Shown: in pieces, positions 33,849-43,368 of the stretch | Position numbering within the stretch: the first letter of the stretch is position 1 | Layout: every line of letters begins with the position of its first letter | Assembly: GCA_963805085.1 (NCBI GenBank) | Contig: CAWDTA010000002.1 | Coordinates: 1,120,001 to 1,184,000, forward strand | Reading direction: 5' to 3' | DNA length: 64,000 nucleotides | DNA from: an uncultured Veillonellaceae bacterium | GTDB taxonomy: Bacteria; Bacillota; Negativicutes; JARBTT01 | Notes under the pieces: model-generated | Told to the model about the DNA's origin: nothing | Seen by the model: only the letters and a program-made list of their open reading frames with translations | The model's database searches: none | Made by a program: the position numbers and the translations under genes

Positions 33849-33990
33849 TCGTGAATTTAAATTGTGAGAAAAATCTAAATATAATCATTGCAATAAATAA
33901 CCGTTTAAAAATTTTTTAAACGGTTTTTTATCTTGAATTACGTGGGTTCGAAAAGGATATATTCAGAAAATAATGACTATAGCGCAAAAC

Positions 33991-34006
33991 TTGGCACTAT
34001 TATTGC
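33991..34006 (+). promoter_or_regulatory. sigma54 -24/-12 promoter
   Basis: TTGGCAC-TATTA-TTGC matches the TGGCAC-N5-TTGC consensus. Confidence 0.88.
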
Positions 34007-34206
34007 GTTAGTTTATGGTGTGATAATTTTAGAAGATGAAATCTAAAGATATAAATGATTTCATAAGTGTTATAAATAGATTTGCGTAATTGATTGAAAA
34101 CATAGAATATTTGTTTATTTCCCAATATACTGTGTTTTAAGGTGCGGACAGATTTATGCGTAAGTTTTATCACAATAAAGTGTAAAAAAAGAGAGGTCTT
34201 GTCAAA

Positions 34207-35235
34207 ATGAAAAGCATAGTAATCAACAATCCAGGTAACGTAGAAATCCGTGAAGTAAAAAAACCAGTACCGCAAGAAGGGGAAGCACTACTCAAACTCT
34301 TATATGGCGGAATTTGTGGCAGTGATCTGGGGACATACCGAGGTACTTTTGCGTATGCTTCTTATCCGAGAGTTCCTGGACATGAATTTTCGGCAGAGAT
34401 CATTGAAATAGGAACGAATAGTCAGGGGCTTAAACCAGGGATGATTGTAACCTGTAATCCGTATTTTAACTGTGGAACATGTTATTCTTGTGAACGTGGA
34501 CTGTTAAATTGCTGTACAAGCAATGAAACGCTAGGTGCACAACGAGATGGGGCTTTCTCAGAATATATAACGATGCCGATTGAACGTATCTATGATGGCA
34601 AAGGTCTTCCGGCTAAAACGCTGGCATTGATTGAACCATTTTGTATAAGTTATCATGGTGTCAGCCGGGCCAGTGTGCAAAAAGGAGATAAAGTTTTGGT
34701 GATAGGTGCTGGTACGATTGGTGTGTTGGCGGCTGTTTCGGCTAAAGCATTGGGGGCACAGGTTTATATCGCCGATGTAGCAAAAGGTAAAATAGAGTAT
34801 GCGATAAACACTTTCGGATTGGAAGGTGGTATCTTAAACGATACTGCAGAGAATTTTGCAAAAAAAATAGATGACTGCACGTCTGGCAAAGGGTTTGATG
34901 TTACGATTGAAGCGGTGGGTTTACCGTCAACCTTCCAAAACTGTATTGATGCCGTAGCTTTCGGCGGGAAAGTGATACAAATTGGTGTTGGTAAGAAAAA
35001 TCATGATTTTGATTTCACGTTGTTGCAGAAAAAAGAATTGAATGTTTTTGGTTCGAGAAATGCGTTAAAAAAAGACTTTCTGGAATTAATTGATTTGGTA
35101 AAAAGCGGAAAAGTTGATTTAGAAAAAATCATTACGAATACTTATAAAATGGAAGATGCAGCAAAAGCTTTTGAAGATTTTGATAAAAATGCTGCCTCCA
35201 TGTTAAAAGTTGTCTTGGAATTTCAATCGAACTAA
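34207..35235 (+). CDS. Zn-dependent dehydrogenase, L-galactonate 5-dehydrogenase (LgoD/YjjN)-like
   Basis: GICGSD, GHE, CGTCYSC...C, GAGTIG, GSRNA motifs; lies upstream of uxaB-uxaA. Confidence 0.8.
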   Translation: MKSIVINNPGNVEIREVKKPVPQEGEALLKLLYGGICGSDLGTYRGTFAYASYPRVPGHEFSAEIIEIGTNSQGLKPGMIVTCNPYFNCGTCYSCERGLLNCCTSNETLGAQRDGAFSEYITMPIERIYDGKGLPAKTLALIEPFCISYHGVSRASVQKGDKVLVIGAGTIGVLAAVSAKALGAQVYIADVAKGKIEYAINTFGLEGGILNDTAENFAKKIDDCTSGKGFDVTIEAVGLPSTFQNCIDAVAFGGKVIQIGVGKKNHDFDFTLLQKKELNVFGSRNALKKDFLELIDLVKSGKVDLEKIITNTYKMEDAAKAFEDFDKNAASMLKVVLEFQSN

Positions 35236-35282
35236 ATAATTTTACGAACTTATATAGAGTATTTTTTAAGGAGTGATGTCAA

Positions 35283-36566
35283 ATGGAACTTGCAAGAACA
35301 CAAAAAATGACAAAAGCTAGGTATGTTGTTGCTATATTTATGTTAGGGGCAATTGCGATAAATTATTTAGATCGTACAGTCATGTCTGCGGCCGCGCCGA
35401 CAATGATGAAAGAATTGAATCTGAGTTCGACTGAGATGGGCTGGGTCATGTCGATGTTTTTCTTAAGCTATGCTTTATTTCAAATTCCATCGGGGTGGCT
35501 CGCGGATCGTGTTGGACAGAGACTGTGTTTGGCGGTAGCAGTTGTTTGGTGGTCTGTGGCAACGGCTGCAACGGCTGGGGTGAAAACGGTAAGCGGACTG
35601 ATTGGTGCGAGATTGTTCATGGGTATGGGGGAAGCCGGGGTATATCCCTGTAATGCCGGTATTACGGCCAAGTGGTTTCCCGATAACGAGCGCGGAAAAG
35701 TAACGGCGTTGTTTGACAGCGGCAGTAGATTCGGGACGGCCTTTGCGATGCCTTTAGTTGCTTGGATGGTAACTGTGTATGGCTGGCAATTTCCTTTCAT
35801 TGCTTGCGGCGCTTTGGGGCTTGTTTGGACAGTTGCATGGCTAGCATATTATAATGACCCAGAACGGCATAAATTTATCAATGAACTTGAACTTAGATAT
35901 ATCCGTGATAACCAAGTGAAAAAAGAAGGTATTGATAAAACACAACCAATGAAATGGCATGAGTTATTAAAGTACCGTAATGTAAAAGCGATGTGTCTTG
36001 GGTTTTTCTGCTTAAATTATGCAGTTTATTTTTTCATTACGTGGTTCCCGACTTATCTAGTCAATGATCGTGGTATGCAGTTGACGACAATGGGCTGGAT
36101 GGCGATGTTGCCGCCTTTATGTGGTATCGTGAGTCAATGGTTTGGCGGTTGGTTTACTGATTACACTTATCAAAAAACCGGCAATTTAACAAAAGCCAGA
36201 AAAACAAACCTCGTAATTGGGATGCTTTTTGCGACTTCGGTTACGTTTGCAGGTCTCGTTGAATCCAATACCCTAGCGATGATTTTATTATGTGTTTCTT
36301 ATGCTGGATTGGCCTTTGCTGGAGCCGCATTATGGTCGTTGCCAGGTGATGTTGCACCGCGCAATATGACTTCGGTTTTGGGTGGAATTCAAAATTGTGC
36401 TTCAAATATAGGTGGTTTCCTTGGCCCGATTATTACTGGATATCTCATCAGTAGCAGCGGGAATTTTGGTACAGCGCTCGTTGTTTCCGGTGTAGCTTGC
36501 CTTGTCGGAGCCTTGACGTATGCATTTTATTTGACTGAATTAAAAGCAATTGAAGTAGAATCGTGA
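35283..36566 (+). CDS. MFS anion:cation symporter (ACS family, aldonate/hexuronate)
   Basis: INYLDR, GWLADRVG, KWFPDNERG, WFPTYL motifs. Confidence 0.88.
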   Translation: MELARTQKMTKARYVVAIFMLGAIAINYLDRTVMSAAAPTMMKELNLSSTEMGWVMSMFFLSYALFQIPSGWLADRVGQRLCLAVAVVWWSVATAATAGVKTVSGLIGARLFMGMGEAGVYPCNAGITAKWFPDNERGKVTALFDSGSRFGTAFAMPLVAWMVTVYGWQFPFIACGALGLVWTVAWLAYYNDPERHKFINELELRYIRDNQVKKEGIDKTQPMKWHELLKYRNVKAMCLGFFCLNYAVYFFITWFPTYLVNDRGMQLTTMGWMAMLPPLCGIVSQWFGGWFTDYTYQKTGNLTKARKTNLVIGMLFATSVTFAGLVESNTLAMILLCVSYAGLAFAGAALWSLPGDVAPRNMTSVLGGIQNCASNIGGFLGPIITGYLISSSGNFGTALVVSGVACLVGALTYAFYLTELKAIEVES

Positions 36567-36614
36567 TTATAGAGGAGTACTTCTTATTAAGAAGCAAAGA
36601 ATAGAGGTTGAGCT

Positions 36615-39596
36615 ATGAAAAAGTTAGATTTGTCATACGATATGAATTTGCGCAGCGATTTGCCAGAAAGAATCATTCAATTCGGTGAAGGGAATTTCCT
36701 GCGGGGCTTTATCGATTGGATGGTTCATCAGTTAAACAAAAAAGGTCTTTTTAATGGGCGAATTGTAGCCGTGCAACCAACACCGCATGGACGAGTAGTC
36801 GGCAAGCTGAATGCGCAAAACGGCCTCTATACAACTATTTTGCAAGGTTTAAAAGATGGTCAGATTGTCGATGAAAGGGAGATTATAACCTCGGTCAGCC
36901 GAGGTATAAATCCATATGAAGATTGGCAGGCTTGTTTAAAGTGTGCGGAAGATCCAGCGATTGAATATGTTTTTTCCAATACAACAGAAGCTGGGCTTAC
37001 CTATAATTCTGAAGATAAAGCCGATATGATGCCGCCGCTTTCCTATCCGGGAAAACTGACGCTTTATTTATATCATCGTTATATGTTCTTTCATGGCGCG
37101 GCAGATAAAGGGATGATCATCGTTCCTTGTGAATTGCTAGATGATAATGGAATTGTTTTAAAGAACCTCGTGCTTCAATACTGTAAGGATTGGGAGCTGC
37201 CAATTGAGTTCAAGCAGTGGATTGAAGCAAGTAATTTGTTTTTGAATACATTGGTGGATCGTGTAGTCAGTGGCTATCCAAAAGCTGCTGCTGATAAATT
37301 TGCCACTGAACTTGGCTATGAAGATCAGCTCATGGTTTGCGGCGAATTGTTTCACTTTTTCGCCATTGAAGGTGATGCTTCGATTGAAGAAAAACTTCCT
37401 TTTCGTCAAATTGGTCTAAATGTTATGATTGCAAGAGACATTACTCCATATCGTAAGCGCAAAGTCAGAATCTTGAATGGGGCACATACATCGAGTGTCC
37501 CGGCAACTTTTTTAGAAGGACTGGATACAGTCGGTGCGATGATGGCAGATAAAATAGCTGGAAAGTTTGTTCGGCAGACGGTATATGAGGAAATTATGCC
37601 ATCCATTGATTTAGATCAAAGCATGCTCGGCGAATTTGCGAATGATGTTATGGAACGTTTCCAAAATCCGTTTATCGAGCATTATCTACTCAGTATTCTC
37701 CTCAATTCATCTTCTAAATTTCAGGCACGGGTTATGCCGTCTATTGAAGAATATAACAACAAATTTGGCAATTTGCCGCAAAGATTATTGTTTTCATTTG
37801 CCGCCTATATATATTTATACAAAAACGATAGCGGCAGCGGCAATACCGTCAAAGGGCAGCGTGGCAATGATGCATATGAAATAACCGATGATGCGGCAGC
37901 AGTAATGGCGATGCGTGAGGCTTGGCAGCTGTATGATGGCACGCTTACGCAGGCAATCAAAGTCTCTCAAGCAGTGCTACAAAATAAAACGTTATGGAAA
38001 AAAGATCTAAGCGCTAGCAAAGAAATGACAGAAAAAATTGGTGCATTCTTGTTTGAAATTGATCAGCAGGGGGCGGCTTCGGTGATGCAGCGACTCTGTG
38101 AAACGCAAACAACCGACGCCTTGCGAATTCATGCGGAGGATAACGTAGCGGTAGCTTTACGTGATTTACCAGAAGGACATGAAGTTAAGATTGAAGATCA
38201 CTATATAACCTTACAAGAAGTTATTGCGCGTGGACATAAATTCGCCTTGGAAAAGATCGTGGCAGAGGAAGATGTTATAAAATATGGTTCTCCCATTGGT
38301 CGCAGTAAAATGGATATAGAAAAAGGCAGTTGGGTACATACCCATAACATTGCTACGAAACTCGATGAAAAAATGGAATATCGGTATGAGCCAGTGGCTT
38401 TACCAGTTTTGCCAAAACAAGAGCGGTTTTTTCAGGGGTATCGGCGCAGTTCGGGCAAGGTTGGAATTCGAAATGAAGTGTGGATTATTCCAACGGTCAG
38501 TTGTGTGAATCGTACAGCGCAGCTTTTGGCACAGGCAGGTCAAAAAATAATCGATCAATATGATCATGTCGATGCTTGCTCGGCATTGACGCATCCTTAC
38601 GGATGTTCGCAAATGGGTGACGATCAGGATACTACGCAGCAGATATTGGCCGACTTTGTGAATCATCCCAATGCCGGTGCTGTACTCATAGTAGGCCTTG
38701 GCTGTGAAAATAACAATGTTGAAGCATTCAAAAAAGTATTGGGCGAATATGACGATAACAGGGTGAAATTTATTGTTGCACAGGAGGAAGAAGATGAATT
38801 TGCAGCCGCTGAAAAACTGCTGAAAGATTTACTCTCTTATGCGGAGCAAAACAGGCGGACTCCTTGTCCATTCGATGAATTGGTGGTTGGTCTCAAATGC
38901 GGCGGATCGGATGGTTTGTCTGGAATTACGGCGAATCCGCTGATTGGAGCTTTTTCCGATATTCTTGTTGGCAGTGGTGGTACGGCAGTGTTGACGGAGG
39001 TTCCAGAAATGTTTGGCGCAGAAACACTGTTGATGAATCGGGCGCAAGATGAGCAGGTTTTCAATAAAATGGTGGGTCTAATCAATCATTTTAAAGGCTA
39101 TTTTGAAAGCCATCACCAAACGGTATATGAAAATCCTTCTCCCGGTAATAAAAAAGGTGGTATTTCGACACTAGAAGATAAATCGCTGGGCTGTGTGCAA
39201 AAAGGCGGCAGAGCTTCTGTGGTAGATGTGATGAAGTATGGAGAATGTGCTACGAAAAAAGGTTTGCAGGTTTTACAGGCACCGGGAAATGATGCTGTGT
39301 CTACGACAGCCCTTGCGGCGGCTGGCTGTCAACTGATTCTTTTTTCTACTGGGCGTGGAACGCCATGGGGAACCGCTGTGCCAACGGTGAAGATTTCTAC
39401 CAATACTGCTTTGTTTGAACATAAACGAAATTGGATTGATTTTAATGCAAGCAGTTTAGTTAATGAGAAAGAACTGAACACCTTGCGCGATGAATTGGCG
39501 GACTATATCATAGCCGTTGCTTCTGGACAAAAAGTCAAAGCAGAAGAAATGGGCTTTCAGGAAATTGCTATTTGGAAAAGCGGCGTAACGATGTAA
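36615..39596 (+). CDS. uxaB/uxaA: fused tagaturonate reductase (UxaB) and altronate dehydratase (UxaA)
   Basis: N-terminal IIQFGEGNFLRGF, SNTTEAG, RKVRILNGAHT; C-terminal SAF domain (DNVAVAL, GHKFAL), HPYGCSQ, LKCGGSDG, NPSPGNKKGG, WKSGVTM; one continuous 993-aa frame. Confidence 0.92.
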   Translation: MKKLDLSYDMNLRSDLPERIIQFGEGNFLRGFIDWMVHQLNKKGLFNGRIVAVQPTPHGRVVGKLNAQNGLYTTILQGLKDGQIVDEREIITSVSRGINPYEDWQACLKCAEDPAIEYVFSNTTEAGLTYNSEDKADMMPPLSYPGKLTLYLYHRYMFFHGAADKGMIIVPCELLDDNGIVLKNLVLQYCKDWELPIEFKQWIEASNLFLNTLVDRVVSGYPKAAADKFATELGYEDQLMVCGELFHFFAIEGDASIEEKLPFRQIGLNVMIARDITPYRKRKVRILNGAHTSSVPATFLEGLDTVGAMMADKIAGKFVRQTVYEEIMPSIDLDQSMLGEFANDVMERFQNPFIEHYLLSILLNSSSKFQARVMPSIEEYNNKFGNLPQRLLFSFAAYIYLYKNDSGSGNTVKGQRGNDAYEITDDAAAVMAMREAWQLYDGTLTQAIKVSQAVLQNKTLWKKDLSASKEMTEKIGAFLFEIDQQGAASVMQRLCETQTTDALRIHAEDNVAVALRDLPEGHEVKIEDHYITLQEVIARGHKFALEKIVAEEDVIKYGSPIGRSKMDIEKGSWVHTHNIATKLDEKMEYRYEPVALPVLPKQERFFQGYRRSSGKVGIRNEVWIIPTVSCVNRTAQLLAQAGQKIIDQYDHVDACSALTHPYGCSQMGDDQDTTQQILADFVNHPNAGAVLIVGLGCENNNVEAFKKVLGEYDDNRVKFIVAQEEEDEFAAAEKLLKDLLSYAEQNRRTPCPFDELVVGLKCGGSDGLSGITANPLIGAFSDILVGSGGTAVLTEVPEMFGAETLLMNRAQDEQVFNKMVGLINHFKGYFESHHQTVYENPSPGNKKGGISTLEDKSLGCVQKGGRASVVDVMKYGECATKKGLQVLQAPGNDAVSTTALAAAGCQLILFSTGRGTPWGTAVPTVKISTNTALFEHKRNWIDFNASSLVNEKELNTLRDELADYIIAVASGQKVKAEEMGFQEIAIWKSGVTM

Positions 39597-39621
39597 GGCG
39601 AAGAGGTAGATTTTTTATATG

Positions 39622-39678
39622 AAAAGAGCTGCTGCATAAGTAGATGAAAATCATACTTATGCAGCAGCTCTTTCTTTT
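39622..39678. terminator. bidirectional terminator between uxa operon and thiT
   Basis: aagagctgctgcataagta / tacttatgcagcagctctt stem with A and T tracts. Confidence 0.8.
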
Positions 39679-39801
39679 GAATTTGCAAAAATGTATTTGT
39701 CATTAACCTTGCTACATCAGACCATCCCTTGCGTATGCTGACGTATTCTCCAGCAACAATGGAACAATAAAACAAGCAATCGTTAATTCATATTCTTTAG
39801 T

Positions 39802-40446
39802 TCATTGTCTGCGCCCAGAAACATCATTTTTCATTTGAGACAGTATCCGCTTCATTGGCAGTGTACGTAAAATGATTAGGCAGACAGTCAATTCGGGTAC
39901 GAGATAGGTCGCATTGAATACAAAGGAATACCAATAGGGTGACGTTCCAACTGGTGCATAGCTGGCAAAGAAAACAGATCCAGATATAAAATGACAAATA
40001 AATCGACCACAAATGCCGACAATAGCTCCCAAGAAAATTCGATCTTTAAAATAGCCTGCCAAGCCAATCGCCATATAGGGCAAAGGATAATCAAAGAGCA
40101 CTTGGAAAGGATGCAAGATAAAAGGATCTTGGATTAAATTAATCAATCCATAGGAAAAGCCTGACAGATATCCGACGGCAGGTCCATAACGAAAAGCAAT
40201 CAATAAAAGAGGAATCATTCCTCCTAAAGTTACACTACCACCTTGTGGCATATGATACAGGCGGAAAGTATGCAGGATCACGGTTAAAGCAAGCATCAGA
40301 CCAATATGAACGATCATGCGCGTATTTAGTTTGACTTTTTTTATGTACATAAAAGCTAGAAGGAGGGCCACCAATCCTACTAGAGTAAAAACACTAGCTG
40401 GTTGCTCTAAAATCATTGTTACTTTACTATAAAAAGTTTCTTCCAT
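39802..40446 (-). CDS. thiT: ECF-type thiamine transporter S component ThiT
   Basis: MPQGGSVT, LFDYPL, HFISG..FFASYAP, YSFVFN motifs; downstream of a TPP riboswitch; RBS ggag supports the ATG at 40446. Confidence 0.9.
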   Translation of the reverse strand: MEETFYSKVTMILEQPASVFTLVGLVALLLAFMYIKKVKLNTRMIVHIGLMLALTVILHTFRLYHMPQGGSVTLGGMIPLLLIAFRYGPAVGYLSGFSYGLINLIQDPFILHPFQVLFDYPLPYMAIGLAGYFKDRIFLGAIVGICGRFICHFISGSVFFASYAPVGTSPYWYSFVFNATYLVPELTVCLIILRTLPMKRILSQMKNDVSGRRQ

Positions 40447-40487
40447 ACTACTCAACTCCATTTTGTTTTTTATTACTGGGTATAAGC

Positions 40488-40530
40488 AAAAATAAAGCAC
40501 CACATTCTCATCCCAGGAATGCGGTGCTCT
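40488..40530 (-). terminator. expression-platform terminator of TPP riboswitch
   Basis: agcacc(g/a)cattc stem followed by a U-tract on the minus strand. Confidence 0.75.
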
Positions 40531-40537
40531 TTATTGA

Positions 40538-40624
40538 ATCGCTTCCCTACGCTGGCATTATCCAGACAGGTAAAGGGTAATGGAATTTATTCCATTTCTC
40601 AGCCGATTTGGCACCCCTAGCATA
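40538..40624 (-). ncRNA. TPP riboswitch
   Basis: Minus strand reads ctaggggtgcc...gctgaga...acccttt acctg tctggataatgccagcgtaggga. Confidence 0.93.
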
Positions 40625-40682
40625 TTTTATATTTCGTATTGTATCTATTTTACTACTTAATACTTATCAATTGCAATTTAAA

Positions 40683-41417
40683 CTACTCGTTATTTAAACT
40701 TTTTTCATCCCAGCACAAATAAATGCCTAACCAACCGGATTCTATAGCAACCGTAATCTCCGTCCCCGATTGATCAGGACGATTGCTCACAGCATAGGGT
40801 AAGGTATCGTAGAGTTCAACATCCGTTAACGGCCAGTGAACACCATCGATACATACACCGGAACATTGGGGTGACAAAGGAAGTAAGGAAACTACTTCTG
40901 GACGAGTCGTTGTTTCTATGCATACAGAATCTTTACCTTCTAACAGAATAAGTACTTCCTTTTCATCGGCAGCGCAACAGCCTCGTACCCCCCAATTTTC
41001 GCAGTCCTTTAATGAATAAATGTTGCTGAAAGTATGGTCAAAACGTCCGCCCCACACGCCGGTTACAATAATCATAGCTTGTTTATGCACGAATCCTACT
41101 GTTTGTAATGCCAGTTGTAAATCGGTCAAGTTCTTTTCCGGCGGGTAAACTTCGACAGGAATCCCCAATCGATTTCCCCAAGCCCATCCTTCAGAGGTAG
41201 CACTATCACCATCGCCAATAAGTCGCTCAGGGATAACATTACTCGCGTAACAAATATCGATTCCACTATCTACACACCAAACTGGAAACTGAGTAGCAGC
41301 CTTAGTCAGCCATTTTGACCCAGGTTTCCTTCCTCCAGCAACGACTAAAACTTGTGAATCTGGTAGTTCTCTTTCAAAGGAACAGCGTAATTGTGGTAGT
41401 ATCAAAAGGTTATTCAT
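40683..41417 (-). CDS. thiN: thiamine diphosphokinase
   Basis: CVDSG, IGDGDS, EKNLTDLQLAL, GGRFDH, WPL...VSN motifs. Confidence 0.9.
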   Translation of the reverse strand: MNNLLILPQLRCSFERELPDSQVLVVAGGRKPGSKWLTKAATQFPVWCVDSGIDICYASNVIPERLIGDGDSATSEGWAWGNRLGIPVEVYPPEKNLTDLQLALQTVGFVHKQAMIIVTGVWGGRFDHTFSNIYSLKDCENWGVRGCCAADEKEVLILLEGKDSVCIETTTRPEVVSLLPLSPQCSGVCIDGVHWPLTDVELYDTLPYAVSNRPDQSGTEITVAIESGWLGIYLCWDEKSLNNE

Positions 41418-41575
41418 TCCATCAATCTCCCGAATTTTTGTCCATAAATCCTTGCAGCAATCGTATCATAGAATACTCTTTAACGCAAACTGCAACTGGT
41501 TTTCTCAGCTGTTGCAAAACTATTACAGCCAGATAAAAACGACCGTAAAGATCTAAAGCTCATTTAAAAAAATCC

Positions 41576-41606
41576 TTGACATGGGAATGTTCCCACAAAT
41601 TAAGAT
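41576..41606 (+). promoter_or_regulatory. promoter with LacI-type operator TGGGAATGTTCCCA
   Basis: TTGACA at 41576 is followed directly by a 14-bp palindrome (41582-41595); a LacI gene lies at the end of the operon. Confidence 0.75.
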
Positions 41607-41645
41607 GATGTTATCTTAAAAATATAAATTGGGAGGTAAAAATGT

Positions 41646-43040
41646 ATGTCGAGGAATGCATTAAAAATAGTTACTATCGGTGGAGGTTCTAGCTATACTC
41701 CAGAATTAATAGAAGGATATATTAAACGTAGCGACCAATTGCCTATCAAAGAAATTTGGCTGGTTGATATTCTAGAAGGAAAAGAAAAACTGAAAATAGT
41801 TGGAGAAATGGCTAGGAGAATGGTCAAAGCTGCTAACTTGGATTGGGATATCCATTTGACAATAGATAGACGTGAAGCGTTGAAAGATGCTGATTTTGTA
41901 TCTACGCAGTTTAGAGTAGGGTTTTTACAATCACGTATAAAAGATGAAAGAATACCTAATTATTATGGAATCATTGGACAAGAGACGAATGGTGCTGGTG
42001 GTATATTTAAGGCTTTTAGATCTATTCCAGTAATTCTTGATATAGTTAAAGATATGAAGGAATTATGTCCAGATGCTTGGTTGGTTAACTTTACGAATCC
42101 AAGTGGGATGCTTACGGAAGCAATCGTTTCATATGGACATTGGAATAAAGTCATCGGTTTATGTAATGTACCAGTTATGGCAATGATTAGTGAGCCAAAA
42201 TTGATTGATAAAACTTTAGATGAACTTACGTATAAATTTGCAGGGCTCGACCATTTCCATTGGCATCGCGTTTGGGATAATACTGGTAAAGAAATGACAA
42301 TGGAAATCATCAACAAAATGTATGAAGGTAAAGATACCGGATTACCTAAAAATATTTTTAATGTTCCATTCTTTAAAGAACAATTAAGTCAAATGAAAAT
42401 GATTCCATGCGGTTACCATAGATACTATTATCGTCAGGAAGAAATGCTGAAACATGGCTTAGAAGAGTATGAAAGTGAAAAAGGTACACGCGGACAGCAG
42501 GTTATGAAGATTGAAAAAGAGCTGTTTGAATTGTATAAAGATTCTAAACTGGATTATAAGCCTAAGCAGTTGGCAGAACGAGGCGGCGCAAATTATTCTG
42601 ATGCAGCTTGTGAAGCTATTGCGTCTGTTTATGGTAACAAGAAAACACAAATGGTTGTATCTACCGTAAATAATGGTGCTGTTCCGGATTTACCTAGCGA
42701 GCAGGTAGTGGAAGTTTCTTCGCAAATTGGTGCATCTGGTGCTGTTCCAATGGTCTTTGGTCCTTTTGCACCGGCAGAACGAGGCTGGCTGCAAGTGATG
42801 AAGAATATGGAATTGGTAACAGTTCAAGCAGCGGTAACTGGTGATTATGGTTTAGCTTTACAAGCATTTACATTAAATCCGCTTATTCCGAGTGGGCAAA
42901 AAGCTAAGGATTTACTAGATGAAATGCTAGTGGCAAATAAAAAACATTTACCACAGTTTGCTGAAAAAATCAAGGAATTGGAAGCTGCTGGTGTAAAGGT
43001 ACATGATAAGATAGCTGCAAATATCGATGATACAATTTAA
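41646..43040 (+). CDS. licH: GH4 6-phospho-beta-glucosidase
   Basis: IGGGSSYTPE, GQETNGAGG, NFTNP, GLCNVP, RGGANYSDAAC motifs. Confidence 0.9.
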   Translation: MSRNALKIVTIGGGSSYTPELIEGYIKRSDQLPIKEIWLVDILEGKEKLKIVGEMARRMVKAANLDWDIHLTIDRREALKDADFVSTQFRVGFLQSRIKDERIPNYYGIIGQETNGAGGIFKAFRSIPVILDIVKDMKELCPDAWLVNFTNPSGMLTEAIVSYGHWNKVIGLCNVPVMAMISEPKLIDKTLDELTYKFAGLDHFHWHRVWDNTGKEMTMEIINKMYEGKDTGLPKNIFNVPFFKEQLSQMKMIPCGYHRYYYRQEEMLKHGLEEYESEKGTRGQQVMKIEKELFELYKDSKLDYKPKQLAERGGANYSDAACEAIASVYGNKKTQMVVSTVNNGAVPDLPSEQVVEVSSQIGASGAVPMVFGPFAPAERGWLQVMKNMELVTVQAAVTGDYGLALQAFTLNPLIPSGQKAKDLLDEMLVANKKHLPQFAEKIKELEAAGVKVHDKIAANIDDTI

Positions 43041-43115
43041 TTTGTAATTAAATAATTAGTGTATTTATGACAACTGAGAGTAAGAATCTAAAAAGTTGGT
43101 ATATACACTAGGACC

Positions 43116-43195
43116 TGTTGATTAATTTATAGCCTTTGAAAATGCACTATTGCAGTATTATAGATGATGAGGATAGTTCTATAAATTAATCAACA
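43116..43195. repeat. 17-bp perfect inverted repeat pair (MITE-like or stem-loop)
   Basis: tgttgattaatttatag at 43116-43132 and ctataaattaatcaaca at 43179-43195. Confidence 0.7.
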
Positions 43196-43368
43196 CTTTA
43201 AAAATAATGGAAATATTAAATTATTTTTAATTAATCAATATTTTGAAAATTTCAATAATTGTTATATATTATAGCTTTTCGTCACAAAAATTTGAGTTAT
43301 CGGTTAATATCGTTTTATAGGGAATTTTATATTTTATGTTCTAAATTTACTTGCAGAAAGAAGGGTTT

